Positions 1 through 11,289 of a DNA stretch of 20,000 bases are shown in pieces. The DNA lies in contig NKIB01012918.1 in assembly GCA_002256025.1 (NCBI GenBank), forward strand, positions 47,729 to 67,728. The letters are read 5' to 3'. The notes under the pieces were generated by a model. It was not told the DNA's origin, ran no database searches, and worked only from the letters and a program-made list of their open reading frames with translations. Source of the DNA: Asterionella formosa (Eukaryota). A program made the position numbers and the translations under genes. Within the stretch, counting starts at the first letter, position 1, and every line of letters starts with the position of its first letter.

Positions 1-1110
1 CCTCATAAGAGAAGAACAAGAATATGTTGAAACTGATGACAATGACATGAGTGTGATTATCTGGGATACCCCACATCACGGGAGTGTTTATCAAGCAGAC
101 AACTATGAATTCTTCCAAGTCTTAATTAGCTGGACAAGTGGTGGCACGATGGAAGCACTTGTTGACCGTTACCGTTCCACCCAGGATGGTAGATCAGCAT
201 GGCAGATGATTATAACGATGATGGACGGTCAAGATTCACGCAACGCTAGGATTAAAGATGCAGGTGCAAGAATCGATAATGCATTCTACAGAGAAGACAG
301 ATCTCAATTCACATTTGAACAGTATTGCGCAGTTCATATAACTTCCAACATTGAAATGGAAGGAAAAATGTCCAACGTGATGGTTTTACACAAGTTCGTA
401 AATTTCTGGATGGTATCAAACACCAGAGCATGCAAGGACTTAAATTCCTAATCATGGACAACAAAAAAACAAAAGCGGACCTCCAAGCTGCAGTAATCAA
501 GATGAAGGACCTCTGGAACCAGTCGAAGCCTGCCGCCTCATCCTCAAACACACGTAATCGTGATGAACGAAATATAGGCAACGCAACCTTCCGCGCATTT
601 AGAGGTGGCGGCCGAGGTCGTGACAACAATAGAGGACGAGGTGGCTAGTACTATAGAGGTGGATGATACCACAACGATGGTTCAAGGGGAGGACGCGGTG
701 GCCGGAACAATACAGCAGGGACAACAGGTCGAGGTCGTGGACGTGACCAAGGAACTGACTATATCCTTCAAGAGGTCTTGGATTCCTTAACCCCACAACA
801 GAGACGATACATGCTGCAAGGTCGCAATGCTCTCCGACAAGCTGACCTAGCCAATCCTGGTATGGCAACAACTACACGCACAGCCGGAGCAATTACAACT
901 GATACAACAGCTGACAATTCCTCCATGGCCAGTGGCATCTCACAAAATACCCTCCCATCAGGGGTACCACATCCCAACATGCCAGGAACACCCCCATCAG
1001 GGGCAGCACAGCGGTTTGGTCATCGTCGCAATACAATGGGTGTCATCATGTCCAGCAATCGCCACATTGGCAAAATCAACAAGATACTAGAGTCAGATGA
1101 TTACATTGGC

Positions 1111-1560
1111 CGGTATAGAGCTGAAATTGATACTCAAGCTGATACTGTATGTGCAGGCCAAGGGTTTGCTCTCATACATCACACAGGTCGCATTGCCGAT
1201 GTTAGCGGCTTTCACAGCGATCTTGGTGCAATAACAGGTATTCCTATTGCACAAGTTGCAACAGCATACGACACTGTTGAACATGAAACATTCATACTGG
1301 TCTTCAATGAAGCCCTCTCTTTTGGAAAAACAATGGAGACATCCCTGATTCCTCCACAACAGGTGTGTGACAATGGCTTGGTTTGTGATCCACTACCTCG
1401 CCAATATTCGTGTCATTCGATCAATGGAATGGAAGACCCCTCATCTGGGTTCATAATTCCTTTTCAACTTCATGGTTGTATATCATACTTTCCTGTCAGA
1501 CTACCCACAGAAGATGAATTGAAACACTGCCGTTGGATAGAAATGACAAGCCAACAAGAG
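1111..1560 (+). other. Aspartic protease domain of pol
   Basis: AEIDTQADTVCAG (catalytic Asp codon 1129-1131), followed by ATAYD...ILVFNEAL...SLIPPQQ and IPFQLHGCISYFPVRLPT, as in diatom copia proteases. Confidence 0.8.
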
Positions 1561-1749
1561 TGAAATCTGTATGACACCCGTTTTATTGAACAGGAGCGCC
1601 CGCACTTATCACATCCCCACCGCATTAAAATGGTGTCTGTCACATCTACTCAAGCAGGTGATCCCCCAACTGACATCCCATATGACTTTCTACAGAATAG
1701 ATTTATTTCCAACACATCTAGTATGGACCGCCGATCCCAAATCGACCAT

Positions 1750-2560
1750 GCTACTCTTGCACGACGTTGGGGAATCAGCGAATCTTTGGCTAAGGACACT
1801 ATGGACCCAACCACACAAAGAGGCATGCGCTATGTTGACGACCAATTTACTCGCCGCTTCCACACAAGACAGGCACATCTCAGTTACCCCCATCTCCGTT
1901 CTGGCGTATTCACTGACACATTGTTTAATGAAATCACCAGCATCCGTGGTAACACATGTGCACAATTGTTTGTCACAGATGGTGGTCATGCACGTACCTA
2001 CCCTCTCACAAATAAAGGACAAGCTTTTGACAAACTTGACCTCTATTGTTCCACTGTTGGTATCCCTAAGTATCTAGTCTCTGACAATGCTGGAGAAGAA
2101 ACTGGTTCTGACTGGGAACGTGTTAGGAAGAAATATCTTTTCCAACAACGCCTCACCGAGCCCTATTCCTCTTCTTGGCAAAACCGGGCTGAATGCGAAA
2201 TACAAGAATTAAAAAGACACTTCAGGCGCATCATGCACCGTGCCAAATGTCCAGAACGCTTCTGGGACTACGGTCTTGAATACACTTCTCAGATCCGCGA
2301 ATGGATGGCGCGCCCTTTAACTCATGATCGTACCCCACTTGAATTGCTCACCGGTATCACCCCTGACATCTCTGAGTATTTACCATTCGATTTCTATGGC
2401 TGGGTCAAGTATCATGATGTCAGGGGAGGGGGAACCGAAAATGATATTGGCCGATGGCTAGGAGTGGCAGAAAACATTGGACAGGGTATGTGCTACTATG
2501 TTCTAAAAGAAAATCGCAAAATAATTGCACAATCCAAAGTCCGTCCGCTCACGCGAGAAG
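1750..2560 (+). other. Integrase (rve, DDE) domain
   Basis: FTDTLF (D at 1915), VSDNAGE (D at 2083), EPYSSSWQNRAE (E at 2191), FWDYGLEY, TPLELLTGITPDISEY, GRWLGVAENIGQGMCYYVL. Confidence 0.88.
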
Positions 2561-3009
2561 AATGGCTTGATGAGACAGAAAGAACAATGAGACATGTTTT
2601 TGACAAGCAAATTACCGAGATTTACTCTCAATTTGACGAAACCCTTATACACAATGCGCCAAACGAGGAGCTGTTGGAACCGCCTAATGCTGATGACGAT
2701 ATTAATTCATTCATTAACGAGAAGGCTAATACAATGGCAGAAATTACACCTGGCCCAAATGAGTTTGTCAAGGCAGAGGTTTACTTACCTAAAGGAGACC
2801 GCAACGAGATTGCCAAAGTCTAGGACGCAAAAGGAATCTGGAGGGACTCTATATTGGCAGGAAACATGCTAACCCAAAACTAGATTCCCAAATGTTCACC
2901 GTTGAATTTGAAGTTGGAGAACAACAAGACATAGCATATAATATTCTTGCAAAATACATGCACTCCCAAATTGACACTGAGGGTAAACAACACCGTCTTT
3001 TTGTTGCAA

Positions 3010-3245
3010 TAATTAACCATCGCAAGAACAACAGGGCCATAGACAAAGCAGATCAATTTAGGTCTGTTCAAGGAAAACAAGTAAAGAAAAAGACGACAGC
3101 AGGATGGCAATTTGAAGTGGAATGGAAAGATGGCACCATTTCCTGGCTACCATTAAAGGCACTGAAGGTATCAAATTCTTTGGAAATAGCAAATTACGCC
3201 ATTGCAAACAAAATTGACACCGAACCAGCTTTTGACTGGTGGTCT
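3010..3245 (+). other. Chromodomain-like module between integrase and RT
   Basis: IINHR...GWQFEVEWKDGTISWLPLKAL...EIANY matches the chromo-fold pattern (I..HR ... V.W.....W.P...L). Confidence 0.6.
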
Positions 3246-3359
3246 AAAGATCTACTCCATAAACAACTAGGAGTAATTAAACTATCACAGAAGAGGTCAA
3301 TCCAAACTGGATTTAAATTAGGTCTCCCTTTGCCCCTCACGGTGGCAGAAGCATTAGAA

Positions 3360-4355
3360 ATTGACCGTAGAAACAATAACAATCTATGGCATGAAGCAAT
3401 TATGAAGGAAATGACAAATGTCCGCATTGCATTTGATCTCAAGGAGAGAAACTGCCAACCACCAGTTGGCTACAAACAAATTCCTATGAAAATGATTTTC
3501 GATATCAAGATGGATTTTACTAGAAAGGCTCGTTTGGTTGCAGGAGGCCACAAAACCGACCCCCCTGTATCCTTTACCTACTCATCTGTTGTTTCCAGAA
3601 ACAGTGTCCAAATCGCCTTTCTCATCGCTGCAGTAAAGCAACTAAGTATTATGATGGCAGACATAGGCAACGCCTATTTAAATGCGAGCACAGAAGAGAA
3701 AGTTTATGCAATAGCTGGACCTGAATTTGGAGAAGACGAAGGCAAACTTGCCATCATTGTTCGTGCCTTATATGGCTTAAAGAGCGAGGAGCTCTGCTGG
3801 AGCCGCCTGGCGCTCGCACTTTGCAGCCACGCTGCGAGACATCGGTTTCATCCCAAGTTACGCGGATCCTGATATGTGAGGTCAACGACTTCAAATCAAC
3901 CTGTTTTGCGATGCATCTCATGCAACCAACCTGGTGACACGTCGCTCTAATACAGGTATTATCTTATTCTTAAATGGCAATGCAATTCGATGGTATTCAA
4001 AACGGCAAACACGATTGAATCTTCCACTTTCGGATCTGAGTTTGTCGCCCTCAAAATTGCTGCGGAAATGAACGACGCAATGCGTTATAAACTTCGCATG
4101 CTGGGGATACCCGTTCAAGAACCTACTAATACATTCTGCGACAATAACAGTGTGGTGATGAATGTGAATAGACCAGAATCACCACTGCAAAAGAAACATA
4201 ATTCGATTGCCTATCACAAAGTACGGGAATGCGTTGCGGCAGAGGCTATGAGAATACATCATGAACCTGGAGCCAGCAATCTTGCAGATTTACTAACCAA
4301 ATGTTTACCCCCACATAAACATCTTGAACTATGTCGTCACATATTATGGCATTAA
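3360..4355 (+). other. Reverse transcriptase N-terminal half joined by deletion to RNase H
   Basis: RT: KARLVAGGH, ADIGNAYLNA, RALYGLK, SAGAAW, ADPDM. It then jumps directly to RNase H: FCDASHA..VTRRSNTG, WYSKRQ, SSTFGSEFVA, FCDNNSVV, NLADLLTK. No YxDD motif is present. Confidence 0.88.
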
Positions 4356-4384
4356 CTGCAAGAGATATTCCACAAATACCACTT

Positions 4385-4394
4385 GAGGGGACTA
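4385..4394 (+). promoter_or_regulatory. Polypurine tract (PPT) before the 3' LTR
   Basis: GAGGGGACTA lies 30 bp after the pol stop and directly before TGTTAA. Confidence 0.7.
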
Positions 4395-4629
4395 TGTTAA
4401 TCTCGTCTTCATGGATAAATACACATGTATGTTGGTCAGACCGATCGAAATTCTGACAGGTCACCTTGTCAGCATTCTTCTTCCCATTTTTCCTCGGAAC
4501 TAAATATTGCATTGTTAATAACACTTTATAATTTCATTTTTATTCTCTCCTTCTTTGATCGTCGCTTCAAACTCTTTGCATTCCGCAAAAGCCTCTTCAA
4601 TCATAAGCTTAATAGTAGAGATCTGAACA
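4395..4629 (+). repeat. Putative 3' LTR (235 bp)
   Basis: Starts TGTT right after the PPT and ends ...AGAGATCTGAACA, giving TGTT/AACA inverted ends. The 5' LTR is not in the window, so the right boundary is inferred. Confidence 0.7.
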
Positions 4630-6540
4630 TGATGTTGGCGGCAAGTTTTTGCTTCGGTCATGTATGTGATGATGCTTAACGGATATTCTACCGGTACTGG
4701 CAGTCATCTAGTCTACATACATACGTTGTACTAAAAACAACCATGCATGGTTTAATCTATACTTTGAACACGTTATAATATTATCTCTGTAGACTTGGTA
4801 TTATTTTTACGAGACTTGAGTGTTATATTATATCATTCACATATTCATTGATTTTACGTACCATATGCCCGATTTCGTCCTCACAAATATAGTTCTCACT
4901 CTATCTTGCCTGCCTTTGCTCTATTCGGGCTTGCAATAGGCAACATTTGTTTTGCTTTGATCCCATTGTCTGCTGCTTGTTATGCTAGTTGAAGCGAATC
5001 GGTGAGTACAACAGTGAAACACTGAATGTGGATTTTGGATCGTATTTATCCACTTTCCGATTTGATTGCTTCCGTGGTTTGTTTTGATCGCTTCCGTAGT
5101 TGTTTGTCGTTCCGCACTGTCGTTTTGATTCGATTGTATATATCTACATAAGAAACAATGCATTTATCAATGACTACTCATTGAAGATGTGGTATTGTGC
5201 CGTTGTTGATCGTATTTGTTGATTTGTATAGTCGTTGACAATGATGTCAATATTGCCGCCAAGCAATGCTTTTCTTGTATTAACGCGCTTTGCTACATTT
5301 CTACTACGAGTTCGTATCAGAAGCTACGAATATTCAGCTAGAGGGAGTCGATAGTGCTGAAGCAGCCTGGCGATTATACTCAATCAGAATGGATTGGAAT
5401 GGAATGATGATTAGGGTTTTTGGTGAGAGGAATGAGGACTGTGGGAGGAAGGAATCAACTTGTGTCAGGCTCCTACAGCGATGTGCATGGTTATAGCAAA
5501 CAGATCATCTACACTACATAACGATGCAGGTCAAGATTGGGTTCATCTTTTTCCCTTCTTATTTCGGTCTTTGATTGTGTGGTGATGGAAATTCAACTGC
5601 CTGTGTAAGTACTACATTGTCACAACGCATACATCTCCATTGAAACTCTTTTTATTTTTCACTTCATTTCTAACCCAAAATAATTTTTCTATTTCTCATT
5701 TGACGCTACTTATTACATCGCATTTCATCCTTTGGTTGCTCCAAACATCATGTTCAATTTTCATTGATGTTGCATGTTACAATCATTCTCGTGTGTTTTA
5801 CGCTTGTTGTAGCATCTCTGTGCATCGGCAATTTTATTGCCAAAAAATTCACATGTGCCCCATATTGCCCTTAACTAAAAAGAAATTACATAGAGCCTAA
5901 AAATTACTTAGAAGTACCCAAATGGCAAGACGATAGCTGAAATGGGAATTGCTAAGCCGGTCCAAATCAAATTTTGGTATTCAATGCACCGGTCTACCAG
6001 GTACTCCGTCCAATTAAAATATTTTGCGACAGTAAGTCAAATTTATCTGGGGACATTTAGACTCCTACAATTTTCTCCGGCTCAATTGCCCTATTGTGCG
6101 GCTTGCTCTAAGCTACAGATCCATGTATGATAAATATGTAATAGTTAAATTTGGCAACTACAGTACGTATATATCAAAAAAACGTTTTTGGGTCGTCACG
6201 ATTTTCACTTTTGCCTATCGGTATACCGGTATCTCGAGCAATTTTTAGGGAAATGAAAACCCTGAAAACATTTCCTACATGGCAAGGAACAGTCAAGAAT
6301 GGTTTTTGGAAAAAATTTGAGTCACTAGGTATTTCCCGGTGTAGTAACCAATGGCCTTCTGTCAGGAAAATTTGTCAATTTTCCCAATGCAGACAATTTT
6401 CATCGGAAACTTTAGTCACATTCAGGAAATTGATTTCACACTCAAGCAAAGTACTAGATAGAATGACATTAATAAATGGAATTTGACAAAAACCAGTGCA
6501 ATAGCACTCAACAATTGCTCACTCATCTACCACGGCCTCT

Positions 6541-7300
6541 TTGTCCTTCTTGCTGTCCTGCTCCCAGAGGGATTCTACTAATGATGATCCTTGGCAAAAT
6601 ATTGTCTATGATGTCATAGACAATGAGATGTTGGACTTGATTGCTGAGGATAATTCAAAAGATATAACTATGATAATATCATCATACTTCAAGCTCGGTA
6701 AAAGTTTACTGCATGATCATAATTAAATGATACATTGATCATATTTTTGACCCAAAAACTATCCTTCATGAAAAAATCCATTTCCACTTAGCGTATGATA
6801 CCCTTGATCCTATATGCATGATGGTTTTTATTTTCAGACGATGTTTCAGTTGGAAATAACTGTTCTTCAATTTTTTATTGACAAAATTTTGAGCTCCTAT
6901 TTAGATTTAAAAATTTTGGACGAAGTATTTGGACGACTTCCTTGTAATTCTTCTCTCATGATGTTGTCTACGTAAAATCCATGATGCAGCAAATAAATGA
7001 AAAAGTTGCTCCCTTCAAATGGTATAATCATGCACTTCTTGGCCACATTTCTGGATGCATAGAAATTTGACAAAATGTTGGAAAAAAATTTGTAACTGAT
7101 GATAGCCCCTCTGGACTCAAATTGAAAACAGTTTACAGCTTCATATCGGTACTGTAGTTGAAAAGTGAAGAAGAAAAATGCAGACAAAACGAGGTGAACC
7201 ATCTATGGCTCTTTTAGAGTGAAAAAGAAGAAATAATGGACCATTGGGATCATCCAATAACATTTTTTGCTTGGACATTTTAGTTTGTGAAAACCTCCTA
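6541..7300 (+). pseudogene. Possible decayed ORF of unknown function converging on the transposase
   Basis: Protein-like stretches (DDPWQNIVYDVIDNEMLDLIAED; NEKVAPFKWYNHALLGHISGCIEI*QNVGKKFVTDDSPSGLKLKTVYSFISVL*LKSEEEKCRQNEVNHLWLF*SEKEEIMDHWDHPITFFAW) are broken by TGA/TAG stops and frameshifts. No family recognised. Confidence 0.3.
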
Positions 7301-7365
7301 ATATCTTAACTAGTATACTATGTTACGATATTATCATTATCAATTATAGTATTCTTGTATATTTA

Positions 7366-10300
7366 TCAACGTTCGCTTGTTAGTTTCTGGTCCCACCCGA
7401 TTGATTTCCATAAATTATGTGGAGGCATGGCAACATAAAAATCATTTTTCCGTTTCTGTTCAAAAACTTCTTGCGGTTCCAGAGATTTCCTTAATTCCTG
7501 TGGTTTCAAAGCAGGTACAACAAATGCTGCCGAAAGTACAAATAAAATTCGACAACGCTCAATTCAGTTGTATCATTGCATAAGGTGTCGCCTCTTGCAA
7601 ACAAGATAAATTAATGAATTTTCATTTCAGCTGAACTTTTCAAGGAACGATTACACGCTAAGAGAATGGTTGTTGTGTTGGAGAAAATAACATTTCCCCA
7701 TAGAAGTCGTTTTGCCGGAACTGTGTAAGAACTTGATCAATCTCCTTTCTCCCAGCTCACTTCAACCCAGTCAAACCATTCACGACCAGAGATCCCTGCA
7801 TTTGAATCATTATTCCATTTCTGATGGCATGTGAAAATAGTAGTTTGGCCAGGAACATTACTTTCAATTTTAACATGATAATAAAAGTCGATCCTTACAA
7901 TGGAAACAGGCCCAACCCCAAGACTTTTTATTCTTGCTTTTTCTATTGCTGAATTCGCTATGCTTTTTACGTAGTTGGCCCCCTTCGCTCGGTAAATCAG
8001 GTTGAACCAATTGAGACAAGGGTGCATCCTTACTCCGTGATACATGCCCAATCTTATCAGGGGCACCTGCTATAGTCCATAGACCATTTGATGATGAAGC
8101 AGAGAATTGAATTTCTAACAGGAAGGGATGTTGAATGGTTCTTGGTAGGCGATATTCCCAAATTATCAGGCGAGGTACGACTAGGCAACATCCTTGTATC
8201 CGGAATCATTCCTTCAAAATCAATCTCTGTTGAAATATCCTCAGTTACATTGATATGTAATTTACTCATCTTCTTCTGTTTGTTTTCTGTAGGTAATGAA
8301 TTACTTGCAAAAACAATTTTTCTTGCCAAGGAAAATTGCCTTGTTTCAAATGACTTTGTTAAAATATCATACTTTAATCGATGTAATTGTCAATTGACAT
8401 GCTTACTTGGTCGGTTCAATTTGTCTTTCAAAAAATACTCCAAATATCCACCAAAGAAATTAAGAGGCGATCCGAACTTCCTAAATAGATGAGGGTAATG
8501 TTTCATTACATGAAATTTTGCCGTTCGTAAGCCAATTTAAGATATTATTTCCCGTTGGTGACCAATCAGAATCTTAGTGACCGACATTAACCTCTTAACC
8601 CTTTCCTCTAAAATATCAAAAGATTCTGATGTATACTGCGGTATGAATCAAGTGTCATTGATAGATATACATGACCATAACAGCAATGTGCAATCATTTT
8701 CCAGGTGCATGGTTTCTGAACCCATCATTCCACCCATTGAAAAAATAGTTGACAGGCATAATCCGGGAATTTCTTGGCCTGACATTTTTGAAAATGCTGT
8801 CACCCCGGATCTGCATGACAATTTGGAATATCACGATCGCTTTGCCTTACCAAATGACTATTGATATATCTAGCAGCCACTTTGTTCGAAATATAGTATA
8901 GTTTCGAAAATACATTTCTGGTGCTGGTACAAGTGTTGGGTCTTGATTTTTGCCAGTGTAGATATTTTTGATAACTGGTGCATGTGTCCTTTTTGGTCTT
9001 AGCCCGTTTCTTCGGTTGCTCTTGATCAAGAATAGCAGTGTCTGTTGCTTCGGTGATACATGTCTGATGAGAGATGTTCTTTGGAATATCTGGTGATTTT
9101 CTTTGTTTAGAAAACCATGTCCATTCTTCAGGGATAGTCCGATAATTGTACAATGACTCCAAAATGTAGTTAAATATTCCAAGTAGTAATTGATGAAGAA
9201 CCTCAAATGGAGTTGCACTAAATAATCCTTCTAAGTCACCACCAAAAAAATGATTTATTAGTGCAGGCATAATAGGATTATGCGATATAACACGGCACCA
9301 CTCGTTTGCTGTTGCGTATTTGCCATTAGATTGGGAGACACAATACTCAGGTGGGATACATGGTAATTTTCCATCGGGATATGCATTTTGTCAAGAAATT
9401 TGTTTGAAAACTTTTTAACATCAGACACTTTACGACGTTCACATCCAATATTGGGATTATCAGCATCCTCAGTTGAAACCAGGCAATCACGACAAACATA
9501 TCGTCGATATAATCCATTACCACCCCTGAAACCACAAATTTTGTTGTGCACTTCTGTATCACCAATTATCATTCCAATCTGGAAATAAACTTTTGTCATA
9601 CCAAGTCCATGGACCGAAATATCGTATGACTTGTTTGGATCTTCGAAAGGCAACAATAGAAATCCTGTAACAGAATGGTATAAATTGACTCGTCACCAGA
9701 GAACTTATTATTCATTTGTTTCTTCAGATCACTGACTTCAATGTCTGGCAAAAGAGATACCGATTGCCATCCATCAATTTTTTCTTTTCCTTCTAATGTT
9801 AAGTTTAACATTGTCAACAAAAACGGATGCTCGGAATGTTTCATTTGTTTATTAATTGGTGAACCATCACTGAAAACTGCTAGGGCAACAAATAAACACC
9901 CTGTCTCAACACTCCGTATTATTCATATTTTGATTGGTTATACTTATATCCGTTCGATTGGCACGGTTTGCGAGGTCTTGCAATCCCATGCTGGCCACAC
10001 TGGATGCAAATGCAGCATTTTCTTGGATCTACTCGGATCAACAAATATGTATCATATGTACAACCCAGTAGCTCCGAAAAATATTTGAATGTGCATCCTA
10101 ATAATGTACTGGTAGGCGTACAGAACTATGACCAATGATGATCAGCTACTGGTAGGTTTATTAGGTACTCAGAATTCCTACTCCATAGAGTAGCTACACA
10201 TAGTAGGGTTTCAAATGCAGGAACCTTAAGGTTGCTGCCCCGACTCAACCCTATTTTGGAGAAAACGTCGCTAGGGTTGTAAAAAGGGCGTGGAACAGGG

Positions 10301-10556
10301 AGTTTCCTACTATGAATTCCCATGATTCGAGTGTCGGTTTAAATATTTGAATTAAATAGGAATCGGTGCGAGATTGATAGAGTTCCATTTTAACCAAACA
10401 AAAATGATATTTAAATGTTTATACTATATCTTCGTTGTTGTATGTAGACATGAGTTTTCTCAGCGCCAAAACAAATACCGCTATATAAATAAGGAGTCCC
10501 GGCATGCCAACATGTATGCTCATGGTTCGTGTTTTTTCGTTAAATTGAATCGACAT
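7366..10556 (-). pseudogene. Fragmented Plavaka/CMC (CACTA-related) DDE transposase
   Basis: Minus-strand fragments in the expected order: AVFSDGS (D ~9866), HPFLLTMLN...W..VSLLP, RVNLYH, IIGDTEVHNKICG (D ~9558), VCRDC, PFEVLHQLLLG (~9179-9211), RQSDRDIP, KFHVMKHY..LFRKFGSPLNFFGGYLE (~8440-8520), WFDWVEVSW (~7755-7781), AFVVP...PPHNLW, and TGA at 7366-7368. The 5' boundary is approximate. Confidence 0.78.
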
Positions 10557-11047
10557 TGCTGTATTTATATAAATCAGTACCGAAGTACCAGAGTAGTACC
10601 AGTATACTGGTAGTAAATAATCTTGGTTCATGATGATGGAAGACAGGATGTAACCACCGGTACTGGTAGTACTGATTTTGCTTACCGGTATACAGTACAT
10701 CTAATACGTTTGGTTCAAGTTTGGCTGGCATGATTTTACAAGACCGGAATATTTCAGCCAATCTGGAGCAGTTGAGAAAATTCAATTCAACCAATCAGAA
10801 TATGTGTAGCTAGTGACATGGCAACTTACCCTGGAGTCTTTTCAGACTGAGAATTATGCAGCAAAACATACCAACACAAGGCTCTAAGTGTATGAGAATT
10901 CGCACATACAAATTCCGATTCCAATATTTTGGCAACTGTTGAAAAAGCCCATTGGGTCGACTTTTTGGAGGAGGATTGCTCTACATCTATGGGATTTCAT
11001 GAAGATTCAAGTAGATAGCTGTGTACCCTATAATGTCAGGAGGTAAC

Positions 11048-11167
11048 TTCTGGAGAGAAACTGCAGTTATTCCTCGTAGATTTTTCAAAAAGCTTGATTG
11101 CCCCCTTTTTGACTATTTTTTGGATAGTTCCGATTCCAAGAGGGATAACTGGAGTTTCTCTCCAGAA
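11048..11167. repeat. Inverted repeat with 28-bp arms (26/28 match) and 64-bp spacer; core of a longer degenerate fold-back at ~10920-11255
   Basis: TTCTGGAGAGAAACTGCAGTTATTCCTC (11048-11075) pairs with GAGGGATAACTGGAGTTTCTCTCCAGAA (11140-11167). Outer arms: GGGTCGACTT (10954-10963) and AAGTCGACCC (11206-11215). Confidence 0.85.
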
Positions 11168-11289
11168 ATGAGGTCCTTATCAAATCCGAAGATAGAACAT
11201 ACCCCTAAGTCGACCCATGACTGTATCTTAGCATGTGCAAAGCGGTAGTATTGGTGAATGCTAATTTTACCTTCAACTATTTTATTTAC

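Larger units (their letters stand above)
2..4355 (+). pseudogene. gag-pol polyprotein pseudogene (originally one ORF)
   Basis: Frame 2 from base 2 gives gag motifs (GSVYQADN, DGRSAW, FTFEQY). A -1 shift at ~365 enters frame 1 (QVRKFLDGIK), which has stops at 646, 664 and 1561. Further lesions: -1 shift at ~2820, 10-nt insertion at 3783-3792, stop/deletion junction at 3877, -1 shift at ~4009. Ends at TAA 4353-4355. Confidence 0.92.
1..4629 (+). mobile_element. Degenerate Ty1/copia LTR retrotransposon, diatom CoDi-like (5' end lies outside the window)
   Basis: Domain order is gag-PR-IN-RT-RH (copia order). A polypurine tract at ~4385 is followed by a TG...CA-bounded segment at 4395-4629. Confidence 0.93.

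Noticed and set aside
360..670. Programmed frameshift or stop readthrough in gag
   Set aside because: Similar lesions occur throughout pol, so random decay explains them better.
4630..6486. Short ORFs at 4921-5163, 5290-5496, 5640-5900, 5942-6130 and 6151-6486
   Set aside because: Short, several with non-ATG starts, and no recognisable motifs; treated as intergenic or TE-arm DNA.
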